This document shows positions 1 to 8,179 of a stretch of DNA of 64,000 bases, in pieces. A program made the position numbers and the translations under genes. Below the pieces are notes generated by a model. It was not told the DNA's origin, did not search any database, and worked only from the letters and a program-made list of their open reading frames with translations. Position 1 is the stretch's first letter; every line of letters starts with the position of its first letter. This DNA is from an uncultured Verrucomicrobiae bacterium (GTDB lineage Bacteria; Verrucomicrobiota; Verrucomicrobiia; Chthoniobacterales; UBA10450), in the NCBI GenBank assembly GCA_963735805.1, contig CAVTMK010000002.1, positions 1,536,001 through 1,600,000 of the forward strand, read 5' to 3'.

Positions 1-1
1 A

Positions 2-124
2 GTCAACTCAAGCCTTGCGGCAGTGCCGGTCTACCGGGCGTTGGGTTTCCTTCCTGCTGGGTCAATAAGAAGTGTCCATGGCATCTCGTTCCTTCCCATG
101 CTGCGCCCAGGTTCACTAGCGTGA
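2..124 (+). CDS. 3' end of a GNAT-family acetyltransferase (partial, runs off the window)
   Basis: Frame 2 reads VNSSLAAVPVYRALGFLPAGSIRSVHGISFLPM...stop, the typical GNAT C-terminus (NSS..A...Y..LGF). Not in the ORF track. Confidence 0.7.
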   Translation, partial: VNSSLAAVPVYRALGFLPAGSIRSVHGISFLPMLRPGSLA

Positions 125-297
125 GGCCTAGGCCTTCGGTGCCGGAGCAGTCCCCGATTGCAACTGAGATCTTATTGGGCACGATTCTTGCCGAAAAAGA
201 CGTTGTTATGTCCCGGCGTTTTCCGTCCAACTGCCCTCTATGGAGTCAGAAATAGATTGCAGATTGCAGTCTAATTCTAGTTAGATCGTGTCGACTC

Positions 298-708
298 ATG
301 CTCGCGAACATCGTGTTTCCAGCGTTCTTCGCACCATACGCGGTCAGCGCGCTTACCCCGTGGATTGGAGCAGTCGCGCTCGCCTGCGAGCTTCTTGTGT
401 TCTTTGCGTTTCAAATCCGCTTTGCAGCTTGGTGGCTTATCATAATCGCGTTTCTCACCGCCAACTTTGTGTCGACCATCGTGGGATTTTTCCTATTTGG
501 CTTTGTTATACCAGACGTTCCGCTCGGTCGAGTTTGGCTCATTGCATTCATTCCCGCGTATTTGCTCAGCGCCGTCATTGAGTATGGTGTGTATCGTGCG
601 TTCACGCGCTGGCGTATGCTTGCCCGTCCATTCGTCGCAAGCGTTGTCAGCAACGCGGCGAGCTACTTTGTCATTGCGTTTTGCGTGTGGAGGGGCTGGG
701 CTCGTTGA
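298..708 (+). CDS. Small multi-pass membrane protein, probable integron gene cassette ORF
   Basis: 136 aa, hydrophobic. Starts 12 nt after GTTAGAT (280-286) and is followed immediately by an attC-like site. Confidence 0.75.
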   Translation: MLANIVFPAFFAPYAVSALTPWIGAVALACELLVFFAFQIRFAAWWLIIIAFLTANFVSTIVGFFLFGFVIPDVPLGRVWLIAFIPAYLLSAVIEYGVYRAFTRWRMLARPFVASVVSNAASYFVIAFCVWRGWAR

Positions 709-819
709 ACGATCTAACCAATCGATGAAGCCTCTATCTTCTTTAAAGGTCCCATTTCGAGATAAGTCCAGCGTGCTTGCCACGACACCCTGCCGTGGCT
801 TATCTCTGTCTAGTTAGGT
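709..819 (+). mobile_element. attC-like recombination site
   Basis: RYYYAAC (ATCTAAC, 712-718) directly after the stop codon and GTTRRRY (GTTAGGT, 813-819). Internal dyad GAGATAAG...CTTATCTC. Confidence 0.7.
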
Positions 820-960
820 CACTAACGCCATCTCGGTTACTTAGACTAAGAGCGGCTGGAAAGCGCGATACCTCTCAAACTCTGGGGTCCGAGTTCCAAG
901 CATGATCAATTCGTAGTATCGGGCATCGCGCCCATACAGTTACCGTGTAGGAAGGCAACT

Positions 961-1422
961 TTATCGGAAACCATACGCCAGCGCCCAATGCGTGCGGGCT
1001 GCTGGCGATGCCTCCACGCTAACGATGATAAAGTAACTGCCTGTGGTTTTCGGAATGATGTGCGCAGCCGCAAAGTGATCTTTCGCCCAACTGTCTGGTT
1101 GTTCCGCGAGTTCTCCGTCCGAATTATAAATATGAACGGACACCTTTGCATGATCGACTTCTGTTCCCAGCCAGAACCAATATTCATTCCCTTTGAACAA
1201 TTGTTGTCGCACCGCTTTCTTTTCACCCGAAGCGAGGTCGCCTGCCCAGTAATCCTCGCGTATCTGAAATCCTTTTTTTACATAGGGTTCTGCCGCCAGA
1301 ATAGCAAATGCCCGCGCGTACACTGTGTTGGGGTCCACTGAGGCGAAAATCGCAGACGGAAGCACAACGATGGCCGCCAATAGGGAGGTCGTACAGAGAA
1401 GGACCTTTGCGAAAGGGTTCAC
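961..1422 (-). CDS. Secreted hypothetical protein (beta-rich, possibly PPC-like domain)
   Basis: GTG at 1422 precedes a signal-peptide-like stretch; lies just downstream of 1433..2233. Confidence 0.7.
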   Translation of the reverse strand: MNPFAKVLLCTTSLLAAIVVLPSAIFASVDPNTVYARAFAILAAEPYVKKGFQIREDYWAGDLASGEKKAVRQQLFKGNEYWFWLGTEVDHAKVSVHIYNSDGELAEQPDSWAKDHFAAAHIIPKTTGSYFIIVSVEASPAARTHWALAYGFR

Positions 1423-1432
1423 CCGAAATTTC

Positions 1433-2233
1433 TCAGTCTTTCTTGATGATGTCGTTGCCGAGCCGCGTAGTGATCTCGTTGACCTTCTTAACTGATTCGG
1501 CAGAAATGCGAGCATTACCGATATTGATTAGAGGCTTTACCTCCACCAAGGCGTCCTGAATTTGATGAACGATCGGAAGGTTAAGCTCGGACATCGCCTG
1601 CAGTCTTGTTTGAAAATAGGTCAGCAGATCCGGCTGATGCAGAAGCTCAGCGCCGTCGTTGGAGAAATGCTGTTTCACCACGGAGGTCAATACTTCCGTG
1701 CCCCTAAGCCACCCGCCCAGACTAACGAGCTGCGACAGCTTTTCATCGTGCACTTCGTTCATTGCCTGTTGAACGCTGCTTTGAGTGCGATCCAATTCCT
1801 GCCGCACATTTGCCCAATTGCGCTTGTTTGCCGCATCGATGATCGCCTTGGCGTGTGGCGTGATTGAATTTCCTGCGCCGATCCCCTTGGCCAATGCCAG
1901 GACGCGCTGGCCAATGTCTTTTACTGCAGGCGCATCCTCCGCTTGCACCGCGATAAAGCCATCGGCAATCACTGTCCCAAGCAAGAGAGCGATACGCGGT
2001 CGCTCGGTGAAATTGGGTTCTTCATCGGTGCGGACATGTTCCTTCCAGTTTACCGCAGCCAGCTTGTTCAGTGCCCCGAAAATTTCGTTCGGTAACGGCA
2101 CCACGACATCTTCTACAGTCGTGGTCAATTGGTTAATATTGACTTGCTGCGGAGCCTGCGCACCATGCGCACACAGGGCAAGGCCAAAGACCGCAGCTAC
2201 CATTGAGTTCAAACGTTTGCTAAACAGCATCAT
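1433..2233 (-). CDS. Secreted alpha-helical hypothetical protein
   Basis: 266 aa ORF with an N-terminal signal peptide. Confidence 0.75.
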   Translation of the reverse strand: MMLFSKRLNSMVAAVFGLALCAHGAQAPQQVNINQLTTTVEDVVVPLPNEIFGALNKLAAVNWKEHVRTDEEPNFTERPRIALLLGTVIADGFIAVQAEDAPAVKDIGQRVLALAKGIGAGNSITPHAKAIIDAANKRNWANVRQELDRTQSSVQQAMNEVHDEKLSQLVSLGGWLRGTEVLTSVVKQHFSNDGAELLHQPDLLTYFQTRLQAMSELNLPIVHQIQDALVEVKPLINIGNARISAESVKKVNEITTRLGNDIIKKD

Positions 2234-2624
2234 TGTCAGCTTTCAATGTTGATTTCGAGTTCGTATTCAGGGAGTTAGTAACCGAACCTAAGCAGAACCG
2301 CTGCCCTACACAAATCCCTTACCTCTTTCTTGTTTGCGCCGTCACCGCTGCCTGCTGGGTGATTTGTTCAGATGACATATACTGTCAAGGAACTGGTGTG
2401 CGCGAGCTGCATGCCTGTTTTGGAGCTGAATGTTCATCTGGTCCAGCAGTTGAACTAACAGCAGATCATGTGCTGCACTCTGGACCATGTAGCATAGCCG
2501 CTGGTGTCCGCGCGGCGGAGCCGCGCGGACACTTGGGCTTGTCTAAAGACAAAATTGACACGTTCTCTTTTGTTTTCATAGGTAATGCACAAGCTGAACA
2601 TATGTTCAAAAAAGGGGGTGTAGC

Positions 2625-2930
2625 ATGAGTATTGGTGAGTGCGGAGTGTGCGGTAGATGGTGGTCGGGGACTTCGTTTCCGAGCGGAAACAAGCGGCCGG
2701 ATGGAAGCATCCCACTGGATAATTTCGTCTGTTTTCGGTGTCAGGAAGAGGCTTTGCCGCGGCGGGAGTGGCTCGCATCGCGTCGGGAGTGCGCTGTTGG
2801 ATCGTCGGGGCGTCCTTGGGATTGCGAGAGCGCTGATGTGGAGCGTGGGCGCGCGGAGCGTTTTCGGTCTCAGGCTCGGCGCAAGGTTGAAGTGTGGCAG
2901 ATGCCGGCAGGAAAAGGCCTTTCGGCCTGA
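2625..2930 (+). CDS. Small zinc-finger-like protein (CGVC...CFRC)
   Basis: 101 aa with two CxxC pairs; SD-like AAGGGGGTG upstream; TTGACA at 2555-2560. Confidence 0.45.
   Translation: MSIGECGVCGRWWSGTSFPSGNKRPDGSIPLDNFVCFRCQEEALPRREWLASRRECAVGSSGRPWDCESADVERGRAERFRSQARRKVEVWQMPAGKGLSA
2912..2928 (-). terminator. Weak intrinsic terminator
   Basis: Minus strand AGGCC-GAAA-GGCCT followed by TTT. Confidence 0.4.
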
Positions 2931-3018
2931 GAATTAAGACCGCACCATTGTGTGTTGAGCGGAAAGCCGATCGTGGATGGAAAGCACAGCGGGGTGTGGC
3001 GCGTGCGTTTAACCCACC

Positions 3019-3162
3019 TTACGTGCCGCTTCGCGTGTGGGCGGACACCAGCAAGTCTTTGAGGCACCGAATGCAAAACCAGCGGTTCAGTAACCACACC
3101 AAGCCCCGGACGTTCCATCTTTGACAGTGCGAACAGCGTTGGGGTGGTGAGGTTTCTTTCAT
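3019..3162 (-). CDS. 47-aa zinc-ribbon-like micro-protein (CSHC...CIRC)
   Basis: MKETSPPQRCSHCQRWNVRGLVWLLNRWFCIRCLKDLLVSAHTRSGT; ATGA overlap with the stop of 3159..3590. Below the ORF-track cutoff. Confidence 0.55.
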   Translation of the reverse strand: MKETSPPQRCSHCQRWNVRGLVWLLNRWFCIRCLKDLLVSAHTRSGT

Positions 3163-3590
3163 GCGACTTGCTCAGTTCGGGTGTTGTGGCGTCGTTTTGC
3201 CGGTCTTTTGATCGGGACATCTTGCGCGAACTGGTTTTGGAGCGAGGCCAATTGTCCTTGGAGATTTGTTATTCGTTGTTCGAGGTCATGGAGTTGTCGT
3301 TTTTGTTCCATGCCCTTCGCACCGGCGATGGGATTTTCGTGTAGCGAGGTTGCGAGGTCGCGATGGATCTTCGCCCAGGATGATTGGCCTTGTCGGTGGA
3401 GTTGGAGAAGGTATCTGACGTGCTCTTCGAGATTCCAGATTGCATCAATTGCGATGTTGGCGGCGAAGTGCGCTTCGTGTGTGGGCGCGGGAATGAGGAG
3501 CACCATCTCTCGGCAGCGTTCGAGCTCGCGTAGCAGTCTTTCCGTGTCGAAGAGCCACGGGTTTGGTAGGAGCTCGGTCGGTCGGTGCAC
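3159..3590 (-). CDS. Hypothetical protein with C-terminal coiled coil
   Basis: 143 aa; heptad stretch LHDLEQRITNLQGQLASLQNQF. Confidence 0.65.
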   Translation of the reverse strand: MHRPTELLPNPWLFDTERLLRELERCREMVLLIPAPTHEAHFAANIAIDAIWNLEEHVRYLLQLHRQGQSSWAKIHRDLATSLHENPIAGAKGMEQKRQLHDLEQRITNLQGQLASLQNQFAQDVPIKRPAKRRHNTRTEQVA

Positions 3591-3791
3591 GGGTGGGATT
3601 GTCGTTTTGGTTGGCGGCGGCGGCGATGGGGTAAAATGATTACTTTGTATACAACGAGCAATCTACTTGACTTTATATGACATATATTGTCTGATGTTAT
3701 AAGTAGGCTTGTTTGGGACACGCTCCGAGGCTTTCGGGCTCACTTCTTACCCACTGCTTTGGTATCGTCCGGAGACCAGCCCTGCCTGGCC

Positions 3792-3819
3792 TTGACGTTG
3801 CGCTCTCGGCTGATAGCGT
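3792..3819 (+). promoter_or_regulatory. Sigma70-like promoter, probably leaderless
   Basis: TTGACG-16 nt-TAGCGT with an extended TG; ATG 7 nt after the -10. Confidence 0.45.
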
Positions 3820-3826
3820 CGGCCCG

Positions 3827-4321
3827 ATGAAGATTTCTCGCGCCGCATTAACGTCTTACGCGATTCTTGGTTTTTGCATGATTTTCACGAGTGCCGCTCC
3901 TGCCTATGCGGCCCGGGAAGAAGCGTCGGGAAGCATCCAGGAAGCGATGACGCCAGCAGAATTCAAGGCCGCTGGATTGAACAAGCTTTCGTCGGAGGAA
4001 CTACAAAAATTGAATGCGTGGCTTCAGGGCTACAGAGAAGTAGCTGAAAAAGCCGCTGCGAAGAAAGCCACGGCGGTCGCATCGCGCACGAAGCTCGATC
4101 TGCTTGTAAGCCGCGTCGATGGATCTTTCGATGGATTAACCGGCCGGACGATCATCCGCTTAGAGGATGGCACTGTATGGAAACAGGCCAATGCCGATGA
4201 CCGGTTTCGACCCAAGGTAACCGATCATCCAGCTGCGGTGGTTATTCACGGTATTTTTGGGTACAAAATGCAAGTTGAAGGGACCCAGGAGTTCTACGTC
4301 GATCCTGTTCGTCCTCGGTAG
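3827..4321 (+). CDS. Secreted hypothetical protein
   Basis: Signal peptide from ATG 3827; MTPAEFKAAGLNKLS and FDGLTGRTIIRLEDGTVWKQ segments. Confidence 0.75.
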   Translation: MKISRAALTSYAILGFCMIFTSAAPAYAAREEASGSIQEAMTPAEFKAAGLNKLSSEELQKLNAWLQGYREVAEKAAAKKATAVASRTKLDLLVSRVDGSFDGLTGRTIIRLEDGTVWKQANADDRFRPKVTDHPAAVVIHGIFGYKMQVEGTQEFYVDPVRPR

Positions 4322-4506
4322 GACGGCTGTTGCTTTCCACAAGTCCGCCGAGAAAGTCAGGGCTGCGCCATCTCTGGGCCATTGGATGCAATATCTATTG
4401 GATTAGTTACTTAGTAGACTAGTTACGACATATTCGTGACAATCTTTGCAGGGTTTACCGCCCGAAGACGTGCCGGCGTGATAACGGTTCGGAGGTCTAT
4501 CTCCCT

Positions 4507-5007
4507 TTATTCCAAGGGAAGTTCGATACGTTCTTCCGGTCCCCGTGGAACAAGGCTGTTCCGGTCGATAATGCGTACGCACGTATTCCAGCGCAGGATC
4601 GCGTCATCGTAGCCAGGCGGACGAATCGATTCGGCTTTTTCGAACCAAGTCATTGCTTCACGCAAAAGATCGTACGCCTGGAACCGGCAATCGGGCGTGT
4701 TCTGACGCAATTTCATTTTGGCGCGGCGTTCGGCAACAATTCCCGAATAATACGCGTGGTCATACCCTGATTTCATCCGCGACAACAACTCCTTGGCTTG
4801 CGTGTCGCTGACGCCATAGCCCTTTTCGAAGCGATCGGTCAGGGCGAGCAGTAGCGTAATGACTGCCTCCTGATTTTCAGGATCAACATGGAGGATATCG
4901 AGGCAAATGCTCTCCGCTTCGCCGGGTTCATTGAGCAAGCGGTAGCGCTCGGCCTTTTCGAGCGCCGCGGGAATTGCATCTTTGTGGAGCGATTTTAGTT
5001 CGGCCAT
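4507..5007 (-). CDS. Hypothetical helical (TPR-like) protein downstream of sdhB
   Basis: 166 aa, ALEKAERYRLLNEPGEAESICLD; co-oriented with the sdh cluster. Confidence 0.8.
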   Translation of the reverse strand: MAELKSLHKDAIPAALEKAERYRLLNEPGEAESICLDILHVDPENQEAVITLLLALTDRFEKGYGVSDTQAKELLSRMKSGYDHAYYSGIVAERRAKMKLRQNTPDCRFQAYDLLREAMTWFEKAESIRPPGYDDAILRWNTCVRIIDRNSLVPRGPEERIELPLE

Positions 5008-5055
5008 GGGCGATACCGTAAATCGTTAAACCGTGAATCGGCCAGAAAGCAAACC

Positions 5056-5104
5056 GAATTACGAATCGCGATTCACGAATTACGAGTCTCGATTGTAGAA
5101 TCAC
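5056..5104. repeat. Seven tandem degenerate heptamers overlapping the sdhB stop
   Basis: GAATTAC GAATCGC GATTCAC GAATTAC GAGTCTC GATTGTA GAATCAC. Confidence 0.8.
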
Positions 5105-5843
5105 TCTTCCTCTTCAGCCATCTCCAGAGCCAACCTAACGGATCGTAAAAGTCGTCCACTACGCGTTCCTTCAGTGGAATAATTCCGTTATCGGTGATTT
5201 GAATGCTTTCGGGGCAAACCTTGGTGCAACATTTGGTGATGTTGCAATAACCGATCCCCTGCGTGCTTCGCAATTCCTCGATGCGATTCTCCGTGTCGAG
5301 CGGATGCATCTCCAACGCGGCGACATGAATCAAAAACCGCGGTCCAATGAATTTGTCGTGCATTTGGTGATCGCGCAGCACGTGGCAGACGTCCTGGCAG
5401 AGAAAGCATTCGATACATTTTCGGAATTCCTGGACACGATCGATGTCTTCCTGCTGCATCCGCCATGTGCCGTCGGGCGCGTCGGGCGGCCGAGGCTTGA
5501 ACGGCTTTATTTTCTTCTTCACGCGAAAGTTCCATGAGACGTCGGTGACCAGGTCTTTCACAATTGAAAACGCTTTTATCGGTTCGACTGTTACCGGTTT
5601 TTCCAGCGGGAGCTCGCTCAGTCGCGTCATACACATCAGTTTGGGCATTCCGTTGACTTCCGCCGAGCAGGAGCCGCACTTGCCGGCCTTGCAATTCCAT
5701 CGGCACGCCAGGTCCGGAGCCTGTGTTCGCTGGATATCATGAATCGCATCGAGCACCACCATGCCTTCCGCGACTTCGGTTGTGTAATCGCGAAATTCGC
5801 CGCCTTTGGCATTGCCTCGCCAGATTTTGAAGGTGGCTTTCAT
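5073..5843 (-). CDS. sdhB: Succinate dehydrogenase/fumarate reductase iron-sulfur subunit
   Basis: CKAGKCGSC (2Fe-2S), CIECFLCQDVC and CNITKCCTKVCP clusters. Confidence 0.95.
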   Translation of the reverse strand: MKATFKIWRGNAKGGEFRDYTTEVAEGMVVLDAIHDIQRTQAPDLACRWNCKAGKCGSCSAEVNGMPKLMCMTRLSELPLEKPVTVEPIKAFSIVKDLVTDVSWNFRVKKKIKPFKPRPPDAPDGTWRMQQEDIDRVQEFRKCIECFLCQDVCHVLRDHQMHDKFIGPRFLIHVAALEMHPLDTENRIEELRSTQGIGYCNITKCCTKVCPESIQITDNGIIPLKERVVDDFYDPLGWLWRWLKRKSDSTIETRNS

Positions 5844-5852
5844 CGTAATTCG

Positions 5853-6344
5853 TCAAATCGAGACTCGTGAATCGTCGTCCGGTTCATCAATATCGTCATA
5901 GCGTGGCGACGTTTCTCGCACGGAAGCGGTGCCCATAGAATTCTTCCGGTCGCGTAGGTACCGGATGTAACCGTCAATCAGTTGCCGGACCCGCCAGCCC
6001 CCTTCCCTTATCGAAGCAATTTCTTCGACCGACAGGTATTTCTCATCCGCACAAACGTTAAGGTCGTCAATCAGCTCCTGCAAAGAGCCGCGCGACTGAC
6101 GCAGGAACTTCATTTGATCGAGGTAGTGATATCGACCATGTCCTTCTGCAATATTGTTCGTTAACGAAACAGCCGCTCTTCGAATCTGATTTGCGAGAGC
6201 AAATTTCTCGATGTCGGGCAATCGCCTTGCCACGCGATACATCGCTTTTCGAAATTCACGCGCGACTTGATAGACCTCCAAATCTTCGAAGGTCGAACGC
6301 CGATTTTCGTTCGCTGACGCCTCCACTTGTTCAGTCCGGTTCAC
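5853..6344 (-). CDS. Four-helix-bundle protein (23S rRNA intervening-sequence protein family)
   Basis: FEDLEVYQ...LP..EKFAL.NQIRRAAVS...NIAEG.GR...FL..SRGSL.E motif. Confidence 0.92.
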   Translation of the reverse strand: MNRTEQVEASANENRRSTFEDLEVYQVAREFRKAMYRVARRLPDIEKFALANQIRRAAVSLTNNIAEGHGRYHYLDQMKFLRQSRGSLQELIDDLNVCADEKYLSVEEIASIREGGWRVRQLIDGYIRYLRDRKNSMGTASVRETSPRYDDIDEPDDDSRVSI

Positions 6345-6368
6345 AATTCACAATTCACGAATCTCGCT

Positions 6369-8177
6369 TCAACGATTCTCCTCAATCACCTGTCTCAAAT
6401 ACTCCGGCATCTCCGGCAGCGACTCCAAACGAATCTGCATTGAACCGTCCGATGCTTTCGAGATGATCGTGTTCACTTTGGCAAACCGCTCGTCCTTGTC
6501 CGGATAATCTTCCCGGAATTGCGCGCCGCGACTTTCCTTTCGTTCCAGAGCGGCGAGGGCGATCGCTTCGGAAACTGTCAGCAGATTCTTCAAATCGAGC
6601 GCGGTGTGCCAACCTGGATTGTATTCGCGATTGCCGGTGATCGCGGCTCCTTCGGCGCGCCTTTTGATCTGGCTGATCTTCTCCAAAGCTGCCCGCATTT
6701 CGTTTTCCGTACGCACGATTCCGACCAAATCCTGCATGGCGTTTTGCAAATCTTTTTGCACTTGATAAGGACTTTCGCCGCCGCTTCGCTCGAATGGAAT
6801 GAGCGCTTCACGCGCAGCGCTTTCCACTTTGCCGTTATCGATATTGCCTAACGAATTTTCTCTCGCGAATTTTGCAGCGAATTCACCGGCACGTTTTCCA
6901 AAAACCAAAAGATCCGAGAGCGAATTGCCGCCCAGGCGGTTGGCGCCGTTAATTCCAGCGGCGCATTCGCCTGCGGCAAACAGTCCGCGTACGCGCGACA
7001 TCTGGGTGTCAGGGTCAACCTGAATACCGCCCATGATGTAATGGGTCGTCGGGCCAACTTCCATGGGTTGCTCGGTGATATCGATGTCGGCCAGTTGCTT
7101 GAACTGGTGATACATGCTCGGCAGTTTGCGCTTAATATGTTCGGCTGCATTCGGCAGCTTTTGTTTGATCCAGGAAATATCGAGATAAACGCCGCCATGG
7201 GGGCTTCCCCTGCCCTCTTTGATTTCTCGCACGATGCAGCGTGAGACATGGTCGCGGGTCAGGAGTTCTGGCGGCCGCCTTGCGTCTTTATCGCCCTGAC
7301 AATAACGCCAGCCTTCTTCTTCGTTGTCCGCAGTTTGAGAGCGGTAATTCTCAGGAATCGCGTCGAACATGAAACGGCGACCATCCTTATTCGTCAGGAT
7401 CCCGCCTTCACCGCGTACACCTTCGGTTACCAAAATTCCCATCACACTGGGCGGCCACACCATTCCGGTGGGATGAAACTGCACGAATTCCATGTCGATC
7501 AGATCTGCGCCTGCGTCGTAGGCCAGCGCGTGACCGTCGCCAGTGTATTCCCAACTGTTACTGGTAATTTTGTACGCTCTCCCAATTCCGCCAGTAGCCA
7601 GCACCACAGCTTTGGCCCGGAAAATTTTGAACCGCCCGCGTTCGCGTTCGTAACCAAATGCTCCGACAACGCGGTCGCCGTCTTTGAGGAGCGAAAGAAT
7701 CGTGTGCTCCATGTAGACATCGATACCGCGATGCACACCGTGATCCTGCAGAGTGCGGATCATTTCCAAGCCCGTGCGATCGCCGACGTGCGCAAGACGC
7801 GGATACTTGTGCCCGCCGAAATGTCTCTGCAGAATTCGTCCGTCTTTAGTACGATCGAACACGGCGCCCCATGCTTCGAGCTCTCGGACGCGATCGGGCG
7901 CTTCTTTCGCGTGTAACTCGGCCATGCGCCACTGATTCACATATTGGCCGCCGCGCATCGTGTCGGCGAAATGCACCTTCCAGTTGTCCCGTTCGTCGAC
8001 ATTCGCCAGCGCCGCGGCGATGCCGCCTTCAGCCATTACCGTGTGCGCTTTTCCTAACAAAGATTTGCAAACAAGACCAACGCGCGCTCCCGCAGCTGAA
8101 GCTTCTATCGCCGCCCGCAGACCCGCGCCCCCAGCGCCGATGACCAGAACATCGTGTTCATGCGTTTCATATTCCAT
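6369..8177 (-). CDS. sdhA: Succinate dehydrogenase/fumarate reductase flavoprotein subunit
   Basis: GAGGAG FAD motif, AHTVMAEGG covalent-His motif, QFHPTG, GANRLGGNSL, ESRGAQ. Confidence 0.95.
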   Translation of the reverse strand: MEYETHEHDVLVIGAGGAGLRAAIEASAAGARVGLVCKSLLGKAHTVMAEGGIAAALANVDERDNWKVHFADTMRGGQYVNQWRMAELHAKEAPDRVRELEAWGAVFDRTKDGRILQRHFGGHKYPRLAHVGDRTGLEMIRTLQDHGVHRGIDVYMEHTILSLLKDGDRVVGAFGYERERGRFKIFRAKAVVLATGGIGRAYKITSNSWEYTGDGHALAYDAGADLIDMEFVQFHPTGMVWPPSVMGILVTEGVRGEGGILTNKDGRRFMFDAIPENYRSQTADNEEEGWRYCQGDKDARRPPELLTRDHVSRCIVREIKEGRGSPHGGVYLDISWIKQKLPNAAEHIKRKLPSMYHQFKQLADIDITEQPMEVGPTTHYIMGGIQVDPDTQMSRVRGLFAAGECAAGINGANRLGGNSLSDLLVFGKRAGEFAAKFARENSLGNIDNGKVESAAREALIPFERSGGESPYQVQKDLQNAMQDLVGIVRTENEMRAALEKISQIKRRAEGAAITGNREYNPGWHTALDLKNLLTVSEAIALAALERKESRGAQFREDYPDKDERFAKVNTIISKASDGSMQIRLESLPEMPEYLRQVIEENR

Positions 8178-8179
8178 AG

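Larger units (their letters stand above)
2372..3691. mobile_element. Putative 1.3 kb islet bounded by 15-bp direct repeats
   Basis: ATGACATATACTGTC (2372-2386) and ATGACATATATTGTC (3677-3691), 14/15 identical; only small orphan ORFs lie between them. Confidence 0.35.

Noticed and set aside
2233..2628. 131-aa ORF (and 2455..2778 on the minus strand) as real genes
   Set aside because: No recognisable motifs; they span hairpins, promoter and repeat elements.
3645..3654. TTGTATACAA as a HutC/GntR operator for the hut genes
   Set aside because: More than 11 kb from the hutH promoter and no regulator in the window; at most a local operator.
5853..6344. Avd of a diversity-generating retroelement
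   Set aside because: No reverse transcriptase and no TR/VR pair differing at adenines seen in the window.
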